Origin: Squalus acanthias
Taxonomy: Eukaryota
Assembly: GCA_030390025.1 (NCBI GenBank)
Contig: CM059432.1
Location: 56,174,001 to 56,238,000, forward strand
Length of the DNA: 64,000 bases
Direction: 5' to 3'
A model generated the notes under the pieces. It was not told the origin of the DNA. It saw only the letters and a list, made by a program, of their open reading frames with translations, and made no database searches. Shown in pieces: positions 63,801 to 64,000 of this stretch. The translations under genes were made by a program, and so were the position numbers. Position 1 is the stretch's first letter; every line of letters starts with the position of its first letter.

Positions 63801-64000
63801 AGCATGGCTTCTTTCCTCGTTGGGCTGGAAACATACTGATCAAGAAAGTTCCCTTGTACACATTTCAGGAATTCTTCCCCCCTTTGCCCTTTACAATGTT
63901 ATTTTCCAAGTATATATTAGGATAATTGAAGTCCTCCATTAGGAGTAAATTTGGCCTGCAAATTTGCTCCTCTGTCTCCTTCCCACTATTTGGTGACCTA
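60876..64000 (-). mobile_element. Two adjacent CR1 fragments (60876-61555 and 61556-64000)
   Basis: ORFs 60988..61257, 62122..62490 and 63180..63731; CR1 tails at ~60876 and ~61556. Confidence 0.9.

Overview
Eukaryotic, intron-rich and repeat-dense vertebrate genomic DNA, most likely from a cartilaginous fish. That assignment is inferred from the repeat content: abundant CR1 LINEs, Deu-domain SINEs, Penelope-like elements and Harbinger elements. The only host protein-coding gene I can identify is THOC1 on the minus strand. Its coding exons 1-7 lie at 24023->3968 with canonical splice sites, encode 171 codons, and the gene continues off the left edge. A second CpG-island promoter with a probable non-coding first exon on the + strand lies at about 50.5-50.9 kb; its gene is unidentified. 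Most ORFs in the track are fragments of LINE or DNA transposons. The most notable structures are: (1) a Tx1/L1-clade family that appears target-specific (3' junction ...AAAAGAG|TACAC), with two divergent ~130-bp copies stacked at one site in the THOC1 promoter; (2) minimal hammerhead ribozyme motifs in Penelope-like fragments; (3) a decayed Harbinger element plus several GC-rich MITE families with 3-bp TSDs; (4) a nested LINE stack at 31-43.6 kb containing a ~1.9-kb inversion that abuts a MITE end and exposes a tRNA-like (Pol III) head on a LINE; (5) tandem monomer arrays in CR1 5' UTRs. Repeat boundaries are approximate unless a TSD or TIR is quoted.
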